Of a DNA stretch of 64,000 nucleotides, positions 52,294 through 64,000 are shown in pieces. Source of the stretch: Paraspadella gotoi (Eukaryota > Animalia > Chaetognatha); NCBI GenBank assembly GCA_051294375.1, contig CM119266.1, positions 9,990,538 to 10,054,537 of the forward strand, read 5' to 3'. Below the pieces are notes generated by a model that saw nothing but the letters and a program-made list of their open reading frames with translations, was not told the origin of the DNA and searched no databases. The stretch's first letter is position 1, and each line of letters begins with the position of its first letter. Position numbers and translations under genes: made by a program.

Positions 52294-53279
52294 NNNNNNN
52301 NNNNNNNNNNNNNNNNNNNNNNNNNNNNNNNNNNNNNNNNNNNNNNNNNNNNNNNNNNNNNNNNNNNNNNNNNNNNNNNNNNNNNNNNNNNNNNNNNNNN
52401 NNNNNNNNNNNNNNNNNNNNNNNNNNNNNNNNNNNNNNNNNNNNNNNNNNNNNNNNNNNNNNNNNNNNNNNNNNNNNNNNNNNNNNNNNNNNNNNNNNNN
52501 NNNNNNNNNNNNTTTATTAAAACAATATTTTCTCATTTTTGGTCTCTCATTGTCTCATTTATTAAAAAAAGAAAAGGCCTCTAGTCTCTCTCGGGCGAGT
52601 CATTCTCCTCTTTTATTCTCTCCTCTCCTTCTTTTCCTTCTCTTTGTTGTTTATTGTTTCTCCTTCTTTTTCTCCCTTTCCTCTCCTTCTGGCCCCTCGG
52701 TGCCGTCACTTCATTTTTCTAGATTTCTCTCTCTCTCTGTGGAGAGAGAGAGAGAGAAATCTTCTGTGCGTAAGACCCATTAANNNNNNNNNNNNNNNNN
52801 NNNNNNNNNNNNNNNNNNNNNNNNNNNNNNNNNNNNNNNNNNNNNNNNNNNNNNNNNNNNNNNNNNNNNNNNNNNNNNNNNNNNNNNNNNNNNNNNNNNN
52901 NNNNNNNNNNNNNNNNNNNNNNNNNNNNNNNNNNNNNNNNNNNNNNNNNNNNNNNNNNNNNNNNNNNNNNNNNNNNNNNNNNNNNNNNGAGTTAAGAGAC
53001 AGTGGAAGAAGAAGTGGATTTTTGTCTGAGCTTCGACGTCGCGTGCCAAATTCCGACGGAGGGATGGAGGAAGTCTCGTCGGAGGGTAAGTCAAAGAGGG
53101 TGAGGTCGCGGATGGGATGAAGATCAGGGTGGTTTACCTTTTTTTGTATTTCGAGCGAGAGTGGGCTCAGGGATGAGAAAGACAAGATGGAGATCAACTG
53201 ACAAAAGCTACTTCATTGGAAAATGAATGCTTTTTTCGTTGGCAGCTCGATTCGTCATCTCGGGAGAGAGAGGCCGGGA

Positions 53280-53427
53280 TTGCCGCCGCCGCCCCCGCCG
53301 CCGCCCCCGCCGCCGCTGGGGCCGACGCCGACGCCGCCAACCGACCCCTCCGCCCACAAAACCCGCCTTCTTGCGCCACCTTTACCGTCTGCCGCCGCCG
53401 ATGCCGCCGCCGCCGCCGCCGCCGCCA
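53280..53427. repeat. (GCC)n-rich GC island
   Basis: Two imperfect GCC tracts; translate to poly-Pro/Ala/Arg in all frames. Confidence 0.8.
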
Positions 53428-54964
53428 AAGACAAAAACGTAATTCTCTTTGGAGGAGCGATCTTCTTTGCCAAACCCGACGCAGAGATTCCACCGATTAG
53501 AGAGTCTGAACGAATTTCGGCCCAAAAAAAGTCTGCTTCTCCTACCTTACCTTTTCCCAACTTCTTCCTTACCTTTTCCTCACCCTTCCAACCCCTTCCT
53601 CGCCTTTGAAACCTCGAGAAGAGCCGCGGGGTAATTTGGTACTAGGTAATTAAATATTACGAATCTTATTTAAAAATCATATTAATTACTAAGAAATTCA
53701 TTTTAGTCTGAATCTTATTTTTTTTCCCTTTTTTTTTCGCCATTCGAAAACGAAAACGAGGTTGTTGTCCCGTGATTAATTGTTGACGTTTTCGACTCGC
53801 AATTTGTCGACAAGATTCTCAAACGCAGAGCATCATCTTCACGTCTCACACCGGTTCACTTCGCTACGGACAAGACTCACTTTACCTACAGATCTTCTTA
53901 CCACTTCCAGATTCCACCGTTCCACCCGCCTTTCACCACCACCACNNNNNNNNNNNNNNNNNNNNNNNNNNNNNNNNNNNNNNNNNNNNNNNNNNNNNNN
54001 NNNNNNNNNNNNNNNNNNNNNNNNNNNNNNNNNNNNNNNNNNNNNNNNNNNNNNNNNNNNNNNNNNNNNNNNNNNNNNNNNNNNNNNNNNNNNNNNNNNN
54101 NNNNNNNNNNNNNNNNNNNNNNNNNNNNNNNNNNNNNNNNNNNNNNNNNNNNNNNNNNNCTCCCCCATTTGATTATAACAACTTTTGCCGGGAAAAATCG
54201 GTACAAACTAATTCCGAGCTTTCAAAAAAATAAAAAAAAATACTAAACGACTAATTGAGAAAAGTGGCGTTTTTCTTGATAAATTAAAAAATTTCGGTTA
54301 TCGTTGTTAATTATTGATTTCGTTTTTTCCGTTCAGGCTTTCGAGTAACTAATTTCAAAAGATTGTGACCTACTTAAGTAAAGTAACTACCCGTAATAAA
54401 AATTATAGCTAGTTTTTAGTTAGTAAATAGTTACCGGAATTTTTGTTTTCTCCTAAGGTCGCCCCGGTTTTTTTTCTTTTTCAATTTTCGTTTTCNNNNN
54501 NNNNNNNNNNNNNNNNNNNNNNNNNNNNNNNNNNNNNNNNNNNNNNNNNNNNNNNNNNNNNNNNNNNNNNNNNNNNNNNNNNNNNNNNNNNNNNNNNNNN
54601 NNNNNNNNNNNNNNNNNNNNNNNNNNNNNNNNNNNNNNNNNNNNNNNNNNNNNNNNNNNNNNNNNNNNNNNNNNNNNNNNNNNNNNNNNNNNNNNNNNNN
54701 NNNNNNNNNNNNNNNNNNNNNNNNNNNNNNNTTGCGCAGGGATAGAAAAAAAAATTTGAAATTTATGAATCGTTTTAGACGTCAAACTTATCGTTTGTTG
54801 TCAAATTTTAGGCAATTTTTCTTCCGATTGTTTTTTAGTTTTACGTTAATGTGAGTCGGAATGTCCTTTCTATTTTTTGTATCTTTTTATATGAAATTCC
54901 GCATAATTTTTTCCCCTTTTTTTATCTTTATTTATTTTATTTTTTAGGTTCGATTTCGCGTTAT

Positions 54965-54972
54965 TTTTTTTC

Positions 54973-55051
<79 letters not shown>

Positions 55052-55075
55052 CTCTTTCTTTCTTTCTTTCTCTCA
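54965..55075. repeat. (CTTT)n tetranucleotide microsatellite
   Basis: Directly visible. Confidence 0.93.
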
Positions 55076-56254
55076 TTCTTTATTTCTCTCTTTCTTTTAT
55101 TCTTTCAATTTTGAATTCTGTTCTTCTTTTCCTTTTTTCCTAGGATTTTTTGTCATTCTTTTTTTTCTCGTCACTTTTACATTTCTTTCTTCCTTCCTTC
55201 CTTTCGTTCTTTCTTTCTTAATTCAAGACCTTCTCTTCATTATGGCCTTTTTTTCTTTTTCTTTCCTTCTTTTTTTTTCCTTTTGTAATCATCGTCCCCC
55301 ATTTTCTTTCGTTTTCCTCGTCGTCGTCGTCGTTTTTGTCTTCTTCGTCGTTTTCGTCTTCTTCGTCGTCTTCCTTCCTCAGCTACACTACATATAACCA
55401 CCCTCGTCCACTACACCTTTTCACAATTCACATTTACGACTCTCGACATCTTTGCTATATAATTTCACTCAATGTACATTTACATTCACAATTTACGCCC
55501 AAGATCATTATCTTCCGCGAGACTTACCCGCCCCCAACTTCTGTCTTCCCCGCCCCTTACCTTTTTTTATTCTTTACCGGCGAATTCATTAATCCGAAAA
55601 GTCGTTACGGGTTTTTTTTCCCCTCCTGCTTCCGACCCTTTTCTTTCTTTCTTTCTTATTTCGGCTCTGCGGCGGCTGGCGGCTGGCGGTGGGCGGCGGA
55701 CTGCGGTTCCCTTGTCAAATCTGCCAAATAAGAAAAAAAAAGGACTTTTTTTGATGTGGGTGTGAGTTTGGAAAATGGTGAGAGCGAGAGAGCGAGAGAT
55801 TGAGAAAGGGAAAAANNNNNNNNNNNNNNNNNNNNNNNNNNNNNNNNNNNNNNNNNNNNNNNNNNNNNNNNNNNNNNNNNNNNNNNNNNNNNNNNNNNNN
55901 NNNNNNNNNNNNNNNNNNNNNNNNNNNNNNNNNNNNNNNNNNNNNNNNNNNNNNNNNNNNNNNNNNNNNNNNNNNNNNNNNNNNNNNNNNNNNNNNNNNN
56001 NNNNNNNNNNNNNNNNNNNNNNNNNNNNNNNNNNNNNNNNNNNNNCTTTCTTTCTTTCTTTCTTTCTTTCTTTCTATCTTTCCTTCTAGCTCTTTTTAAA
56101 ATTATTTTTCTTTATCCGCTCTCTTTCTTTGTTTCGCAAGTAATAATCTCAGTCGTGGGAGATAAATTGGGAACCGAATGAGAGTAGAAATAAAGAAAGG
56201 AGAGAATGAATGGAAGAGAAAATGAATGAAAGAAAGATAAAAAAAGAAAAAAAG

Positions 56255-56330
56255 AGGAAAAGAAAGAAAGAAAGAAAGATAAAAAGATAGAAAAAAGAAA
56301 GAAAGATAAAAAGAAAGTAAGGATGAAAAA

Positions 56331-56382
<52 letters not shown>

Positions 56383-56410
56383 AATAGAAAAAAAAGAAAG
56401 AAAGAAAGAG

Positions 56411-56477
<67 letters not shown>

Positions 56478-56495
56478 ACGAAAGAAAGAAAGAAA
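56255..56495. repeat. (GAAA)n tetranucleotide microsatellite
   Basis: Directly visible. Confidence 0.93.
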
Positions 56496-57569
56496 GAGAC
56501 AATGAACGAAAGAGAAGCTAAGAAACAGAAAGTCTCTGCGTCGAAACCAAATTTAAAAAATCGAGACAAAAAGGCGAAACGGAGCGAATCTAAGTTAACA
56601 CGCCGCGAAGTTGAGTCGGAATGCGGCGAAAAATAGGGCGAAAAACAGTGAGGGTGATTCTGGGACTTATTTTCGTCGCGATGCGACGATAACGAGGCCT
56701 TCAGGACGAAGAAGACAAAAACTGCGAAATGAAAGGACGACTAAACGACGACGACGACAATGACGACGACGACGACGATGAAAACATAGATGGCGAAAAC
56801 GAAAAAAAAAGGACAATCAGTACAACGAGGGCGACAGGCAATGGGATTGGCCCGGAGCAACGGCCGCAGCGCCAAAAAACATTTACAGCGACANNNNNNN
56901 NNNNNNNNNNNNNNNNNNNNNNNNNNNNNNNNNNNNNNNNNNNNNNNNNNNNNNNNNNNNNNNNNNNNNNNNNNNNNNNNNNNNNNNNNNNNNNNNNNNN
57001 NNNNNNNNNNNNNNNNNNNNNNNNNNNNNNNNNNNNNNNNNNNNNNNNNNNNNNNNNNNNNNGAGAGAGAGAGAGAGAGAAAGGCGGCTAATTAAGAGTA
57101 ACGAGCGACGGTTCCGAGGCCAGGGCAAAAATTGTTTTCTTGTTTTCATGGCGCTATTATCACTTAGCAAATTGAATTTTATCGCGAGGCGAAGCTCTTT
57201 TCTCTAGAGAGGGCTGAGGTGGGCGGACCCAGGGGTTGGGGTGGTGAGGGAGAGGGTGGGGGTGTGTGGGTACGACCCGTTGGGGTCGTCATTGATCCTC
57301 CATCTTCCTGCCACTTCGGATTTCGTCTCATGTCTCTGTCTCTCTGACCAGAAAGTGTCCCGCTTCTATTTCGGACTGTGAAACTCTCTCGCATTCTCGC
57401 AAGGACCTTCGAAGAAAGCTTTCGCGAAATCCTGTCGCAAAACCCCGTCACGTCGCCACGACTTCGAAAGAGAGCGACCACAATAAGAGAATCTCTTTTC
57501 CTATAGTATACGAGGTCGATGACCGTAGAAAAAATTCTTTCCCACGCATTTCCGGCCTTATTAAATATC

Positions 57570-57928
57570 CTATTTCTTTTTTTTTCTTTCTCTTTATTTT
57601 TTATACTTTCTCTTTTCTCTTTCTTGTTTCTCTTTCTTTTTTCTACTCTCTCTTTTCACTTTCTTCTTTCTCATTATTTTTCTTCTTTCGCTTTTCATTT
57701 TTTTATTTCTCTTTATTTTTCATTTTTCTAATGTCTCTCTCTTGTTTCTCTTTCTTTTTTCTACTTTCTCTTTTCTCTTTCTTCTTTCTCATTATCATTT
57801 TCTTATTTCTCTTTATTTTTTCTTTTTCTAATTTTTTTTTCTTGTTTCTCTTTATTTTTTACACTTTCTCTTTTCTTTTTCTTCTTTCTATTTATTTTTT
57901 CTTCTCTCTTTTCTTTCTTCTTTCTCTT
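57570..57928. repeat. Degenerate pyrimidine-rich tandem/low-complexity tract
   Basis: Recurring 'actttctcttttctctttctt' and 'tttctctttatttt' units. Confidence 0.8.
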
Positions 57929-58409
57929 NNNNNNNNNNNNNNNNNNNNNNNNNNNNNNNNNNNNNNNNNNNNNNNNNNNNNNNNNNNNNNNNNNNNNNNN
58001 NNNNNNNNNNNNNNNNNNNNNNNNNNNNNNNNNNNNNNNNNNNNNNNNNNNNNNNNNNNNNNNNNNNNNNNNNNNNNNNNNNNNNNNNNNNNNNNNNNNN
58101 NNNNNNNNNNNNNNNNNNNNNNNNNNNNNNNNNNNNNNNCTCCAAGTTTTTCGAGTGGAGATTATTTTTATTTGCGATGCACTAGAGGGAGAGAGAGGGA
58201 GAGGGAGAGGAGAGGGAGGAAGGGAGGANNNNNNNNNNNNNNNNNNNNNNNNNGCGTGGATAGCTATGAGCAGAGAGAGATGAGAAGTGAGACAGAGAGA
58301 GACGGAGCAGCAGCACTGCACTGAGAGAGATGAAGATGATGAAAGAGAGAGCGCAGAGCAGCCAAGACGATATACTAGGACCCGCGACATGAGAATGAGA
58401 GAGCTGAGA

Positions 58410-60761
58410 GAGAGTTAAAGAGGGACAGTGAAGCCAAGAAGTGGCATTTTTGCTTCTGCAGCCTTCGACGCTCGCGCCTGCCCAAATTCCGACGGCAGGG
58501 ATGGAGCGAAGTCTCGTCGCCGAGCGTAAGTCAAAGAGGCCGCTCGCGGTGAGGTTCGCCGTGGATGGCGATGAAGATCAGCGGCTGGTACTGGTGGCTT
58601 TTACCTTTTGTATCTTTCGAGCCGAGTAGTGGGCCTCAGGGACATGCGAAAAGACAAGATGCCGCAGATCAACTGACAAACCTACTTCATTGGCAAAATG
58701 AATGCTTTTTTTCGTTGGCAGCTCGCTTCGTCCATCTCGCCCCGCGAGAGAGGAGGCCGGGAATGCCTGCATCGCCGCCCCCCTCGCGCCGCCGCCCCCC
58801 GCCGCCCGACTGCGGGCCGGACGCCGACGCCCGCCACCAACCGACCCCTCCGCCCACAAAACCCGCCCTTCTTGCGCCACCTTTTACCGCCTCTGCCGCC
58901 GCTCGACTGCCAAACGCCGCCGCCGCCGCCGCCTCGCCAAAGACAAAACCGTAATTCTCTTTGGCCAGGAGCCCGATTCTTCCTTGCCAAACCCGACGCC
59001 AGAGATCTCCACCGCAATTAGCACAGCTCTTGCAAGAATTTCGCGCTACCCAAAAAGCTCTACCTGCTTTCACCTACCTTACCTTATCCAACTTTCTTCC
59101 TACCTTTTCCATCACCCCTCCAACCCCTTCCTCGCCTTTAGCCCCTTAAACCTGAGAAGCAGCCGCCCAGGCCGCACCTCAGACAGCACATCGGCCATAC
59201 CCCTCACTGGGCACGGTGGACACCAATACCTGACATAGCATGACCGACCTCCAACAGACACCCCACTAGTACGCCTCACTCGCAACGTGTCGTCCTATAA
59301 ATTAAGTACGCCTAGCTACACTACTCATTGCACCTTCACGGTTAGCGTTAGGACCTTAACTTTACCTGGATAGAACCGGTAATTACGAAATTATTACAGA
59401 ATTACCTATTTTAAAAAAACAGAGAGAATAATTATAATATATATATTATATATATATTATAATATATAAATATAGAGAAAAAGCACATCCATACACACCC
59501 CCATAAAAACGCCATTAAAAAATATCATTATTACTAATACTAAGCAAATTCCATTTTAGTCCTGAATCTTATTTTATTCCCTTTTTTTTTCGCCATTCGC
59601 AAAACGAAAACGAGTTTGTTGTCCGTGCATTAATGTGACGTTTATCGGCACTACGCAATTTTTGCTCACAAGCATTCTCAAAACGCAGACCAGCATTCAT
59701 CTTTCACGTCCTCACACCGCGTTCACTTTTTTTTCTCCCTTGACGCTACGCCGACTAAGACTCACTTTTACTCTACAGATCTTCTTACCACTTCCAGATT
59801 TCCACCGTTCCACCCGCCTTTCACCACCACCCACCGGCCTCAGCACAGTTCCACCCCGCCCACCCGGGCCTAACGTTTCTCCCCCCCCTAACCGCCCCCC
59901 CCCCCCTCGTTCCACGTTCTGTCGCACGACGGAGCCAAACGAAATCCCAACGAAATCCGCCCCGCAAATTAAATACTCCACTCAACGCAAATTAATGAAG
60001 CAAAAAATTTCGATGAAGCAAATTATTTCCATTATTTTTATTCCTTATTTTCTAATTTTTTTTCTTATCCCCCATATGTTGATCTACATCCGGGTCAGCT
60101 CTGTGTCGACTAACTATATTCAACAATCTTTTGCCGGCGGAAGAAAAATCGCGCCGTTAACAAACTAAATTCGCAGCTTTTTACAAAAAAATAAAAAAAA
60201 ATATCTAAAACGACTAATTGAGAAAGCTGGCCCGTTTTCTATGATAATATTTAAAAAATTTCGGCCCGTTATCGTTGACTAATTATTGATCGTTTATTTT
60301 CGCGTTCAGCTTGGTCGAGTGATAACTAATTTCAAAAGATTGTGACACCCTACTGTAAGCCTAAAGCTAACTACCCGCTAATAAAATTATAGGCCCCTAG
60401 CCTTTTTAGTTATGTAAATACGTATACCGGGAATTTTTGCTATCGAGCGAAGCCCGTCGATGCGCTGACTCTGATGCTTGTCTTATTCCCACGCCTCCTA
60501 AAGGTCGCCCCCTTAACCTGCCGGCCCGGTCACACACTGTACTTTTTTTTTCATTTTTCAATTTTCGTTTACTTTCGCCAGTACTTTTGAGTACATCTTC
60601 CCCCTTCCCTCAGCACAGATCACTTGAATCTTATCGGCATGCCGTCCTCCTCTTTATATCGCTCTTAGTTGATTTATTACTCCCTGCGACGAAACTCTTT
60701 CTTTTCTCTCTCTCTCTCTCCTCTCTCTCTCTTCTCTCTCTCTCCTCTCTCTCTCTACTCT

Positions 60762-60797
<36 letters not shown>

Positions 60798-62670
60798 TTT
60801 CCTCTCTCCTTCTCTCTCTCTCTCTCTCTCTCTAATATCGGGGTCTTTTTGTGTGCCAGGGATAGAAAAAAAAATTTGAATTTATAGAATCGTTTAGACG
60901 TCAAACTTATCGTTTGGCCTTGTCAAATTTTAGGCAATTTTATCTTCGATTAGCCTTTTAGTTTTACGCTTAATGTAGTCTGCGAATGTCCTATTCTTAT
61001 TTTGTATCCTTTTTATATGAAATTCCGCATAATTTTTTCTTCCCCTCGTTTTTTTATCTATATTATTTATTTTTTTTAGTGTTTCGCCCATTTCGGCGTC
61101 TATTTTTTTTCTCTTTCTTTCTTTTTACTTTCTTTCTTCTTTATCCTTTCTCTTTCTTCTTATCTTCTCTTTCTTTACTTCTTCTCTTCTTTCTTTCTTT
61201 CTTCTTTTCTTTACTCTCCCTTTCTTTCTTTCTTCCTTCATTCTGTATTTTTTTTTTTTTTTTTTTTTTATTTTCTCTCTTTTTTTTATTCTTTTATTCT
61301 TTCAATTTTGCAATTTGTTCTTCTTTTCCTTTTTCCTAGCGATTTTTTTGTTATCATTCTTTTTTTTCTCGTCACTTTTACATTTCTTCTTCCTTCCTTC
61401 CTTGCCGGCTGTTGCTTTCTTCTTAATTCCAATGACCAGCATAATTGTCTCTTCTATATGCCTTTTTTTCTTTTTCTTTCCTATCTTTTTCTTTCGCCTT
61501 TTGCTAATCATTCGTCCCCCATTTGTCTTTCGTTTCCTCTGTCGTTCCGTCGTCGCTTTTTGCTTCTTCGTCGTTTCTCGTCTTTATTCTTTTTTTTTTT
61601 ATTTTTTTTTTTTTTTTTATTCGTTCGTCTCTCCTTCCTCAGCCCTACACTACATATAACACACCCTCGTCCAACTACACCTTTTCACAATTCACATTTT
61701 ACGACTCTCAGACAAATCTATTGCTACGTATAATTCACTCAATGCCTGGGGGCACATTTACATCACTAAAGGTTTTACGCCAGCAAGATCGATTATCGTT
61801 GCCACCCAACCCCCGAGACTTACCCGCCCCCAACTTCTGCTCTTCCCCGCCCCTTACCTTTTTTTATTCTCTTAACCGGCCGCCGAATTCATTAATCGAA
61901 AAGTCGCTTACGGCCCCAACCCGTTGTTTTCTTCTCCCTCCTGCCCTTCCGCACCCCCCCCCCACTTATTCTTTCTTTCTTTCTATTATTTCGCTCTGCC
62001 GGCCGCGCTGGCGCGCATGGCCTCCTAACTACAGGAATAGCGGCGTGCCGCCGGTATAATATGCTATCTCGCGCGTTGCCCTTGCTGCGAAATCTGACAC
62101 AAATAAGCAAAAAAAAAGACGTTTTTGATGCTGGTGTGAGTATCTGTGCCTAGATACTACGATGTTAGACCTACTACTCACTGCTGGAGCGACAGAGCAG
62201 CGCAGAGAATTGCAGAAGCGCCCGAAAAAAAATAGCAATCAAGATCTCAATTTTTTTTTTTTTTTTAATTTTCTTTGTGTTTCGTTAGCTTTTTGCTACT
62301 TTTACATATCTTTCTGTCTTTCTTTTTTACTTTCTTCTATTCTTTCCCATTGTAACACTTTACTATCATTTGCTTCCTCTTTTTCGCTTTCTTCTTTTAA
62401 AAATATCTTTCTTTCTTTATTTCTTTCTTTTCTTTTCTTTTTTCTATTCATCTTTTTCTCTCTTTCTCTTTTTGCCCTATTTCCACTCTGTTTGAACTAT
62501 CTAGCGAATCCTACTATCGTAAGGGAAAAATTATTCTTTTTACATAAATCCGCGACCCTCCTCTCTCTCCCATTTGTGAGTCGCAAGTAATAAAAATCTC
62601 AGTTCGTGCGGATGTGAATATATTCAATTGGCGCTGCAATCTGATCCGAAAATGCAGAAGCTAGAAAATA
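58410..62670 (+). repeat. Insertion-rich noisy direct copy of ~52989-56195 following a 25-N gap
   Basis: Collinear anchors: 'ccaaccgacccctccgcccacaaaacccgcc' (53337 / 58837), 'ttccaccgttccacccgcctttcaccaccac' (53912 / 59800), 'gggatagaaaaaaaaatttgaa' (54739 / 60859), 'gagacttacccgcccccaacttctg' (55519 / 61815). Extra bases are disproportionately C. Confidence 0.92.
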
Positions 62671-64000
62671 AGCAATAGCGATATTAGCTACTTTAATAAA
62701 ATATACGAAATTAAAATCTTATACATAGCCAAGACCGAAGGGAACGTCCAACGACGATCAGGTAGTTTTCTCCAACTAGATGAATGAAAGGATGGAATTG
62801 ATACTTAACTACACATGAAATTATGTTATTGAAATATTTTAAGTATTGGTAAACATTTTTTTTTTCTTCCATCTTGGTTGTGTCACTCATGCGAACCGGA
62901 AAGTGGTATATTAATTGTATGTATTATGACCCGAATAAATAAAAAAAGCAGAGATTATTAAGAAAATGGTTCTTTCAAAAAACTTATATTTAAGATGGGG
63001 CAATAAATTCAATTCTTAAATGAAGATCTGTTAAATGAACCGACAGATGTTGACTAAAATCCAATAGGGATACAGGCCTGCTTTGAACAGGTGCGTGCGC
63101 CCAAAATGCATTAGAAATAAATGCCCCCGATCAGATCTTTCCCTTCTCCTCCCCCGGCCCTCTTTCGTTTACCTTCTATTTTCTTTCCCCTCACCCCTCC
63201 TTTCTATAAAATTAATTCCCAGTCACGACCAATTCAATCTATCAGTGTATGTGTCTCATAAGACGAACGGGGCAGAGGGTTTTAATCCCCAGCCGGACGA
63301 TTAGAAGTCGTAGTCAGAATGCCCGTAATGCTGGGAGGAAGGAGAGAAAAGAAAATGCAACAAGAGCGAGTCACAAGAAGCCGGGAGGTTGCATGTGCCG
63401 GGAGTGGATCGGCTGTGAGGGTGCATGCTGCGTCCTGGAGCGGGCGGGTGGCCTGGCAGAGCCTGTTGGCTCGACGGTTCACGGATAGAACACCAGTTGA
63501 GAGAGATGGAGAGTGGTGGGGCGAGGAGGGAGAGAAAAATGGGGGGGGCAGGAGAAGCGGGGAGGAAATACACACGGACAGATTGATCCGCATTGGGACA
63601 CCGAAATAAGCGGTTTGCAGGATGGGCTGGAATTTGGAATAAAAGATAATAAGATGAGGGGGTGAATAGTAGAGAGTGGAGAGAGGATTGAAAAAAAAAA
63701 AAGAATGTTGAAAAGAAGAAAAAGTGTTGGCCAGAGATGGAGAGGAGAGAGTTAAAAGTTTAAAAAAAGAGAGGAGATTACGAGAGGGGTAAGAAAGATA
63801 TGAGGTGGATAAGGAGAAGAGTAGAAAAAATTAGATAGAAAGACGAAGAAAGAGGGAGAAGTGGGAGGGAGAGGGAAAAAATGGGAAGATTTAGAGAGAA
63901 AGAAGAGGAGAAAAAGAGAGCGAAGCATGAGCGTAATGTGAGGATGGTGAGTTGAAAAGAGAGAGAGAGAGCAGAAGACGAGACGAGAGAGAGAGAGAGA

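Noticed and set aside
51755-53634. Poly-Ser/Ala/Pro ORFs resembling a transcription-factor low-complexity region
   Set aside because: Explained by TCG/GCG/GCC triplet repeats that are open in several frames on both strands; no DNA-binding domain; similar tracts occur throughout the window.
58565-60168. Pro/Arg-rich ORFs of 100-180 aa
   Set aside because: Frameshifted derivatives of 53.0-54.2 kb in the noisy duplicate.
1-64000. CRISPR arrays, tRNA/rRNA genes or prokaryotic operons
   Set aside because: No repeat-spacer arrays, cloverleafs, rRNA motifs or dense long ORFs seen; the sequence is clearly eukaryotic and mostly non-coding.

Overview
Eukaryotic genomic DNA, probably from an invertebrate animal, in a low-quality hybrid scaffold. 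It is AT-rich, retains CpG, and is full of (AG/CT)n, (GAC/GTC)n, (GCC)n and (CTTT)n microsatellites and N-gaps. I can support no intact protein-coding gene, rRNA, tRNA or CRISPR array; almost all ORF-track entries translate simple repeats or gaps. Roughly a quarter of the window is indel-riddled second copies of nearby clean sequence, mostly beside exactly-25-N gaps, which points to raw long-read gap overfilling rather than real duplication. The biological signal is: (i) two decayed, convergent Ty3/Gypsy retrotransposon relics at 38.2-41.6 kb around a candidate LTR; (ii) a dense promoter-like motif cluster (5x CCAAT, YY1, CRE, E-box, NRF1) at 44.5-45.5 kb; (iii) a ~920-bp foldback MITE at 46.3-47.2 kb; (iv) a GC-rich palindromic MITE-like element at 3.66-3.91 kb; (v) a 270-bp present/absent insertion at 4.75-5.0 kb; (vi) a candidate 138-bp minus-strand exon at 42.6-42.7 kb. 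I see no convincing evidence of a new multi-gene biological system.
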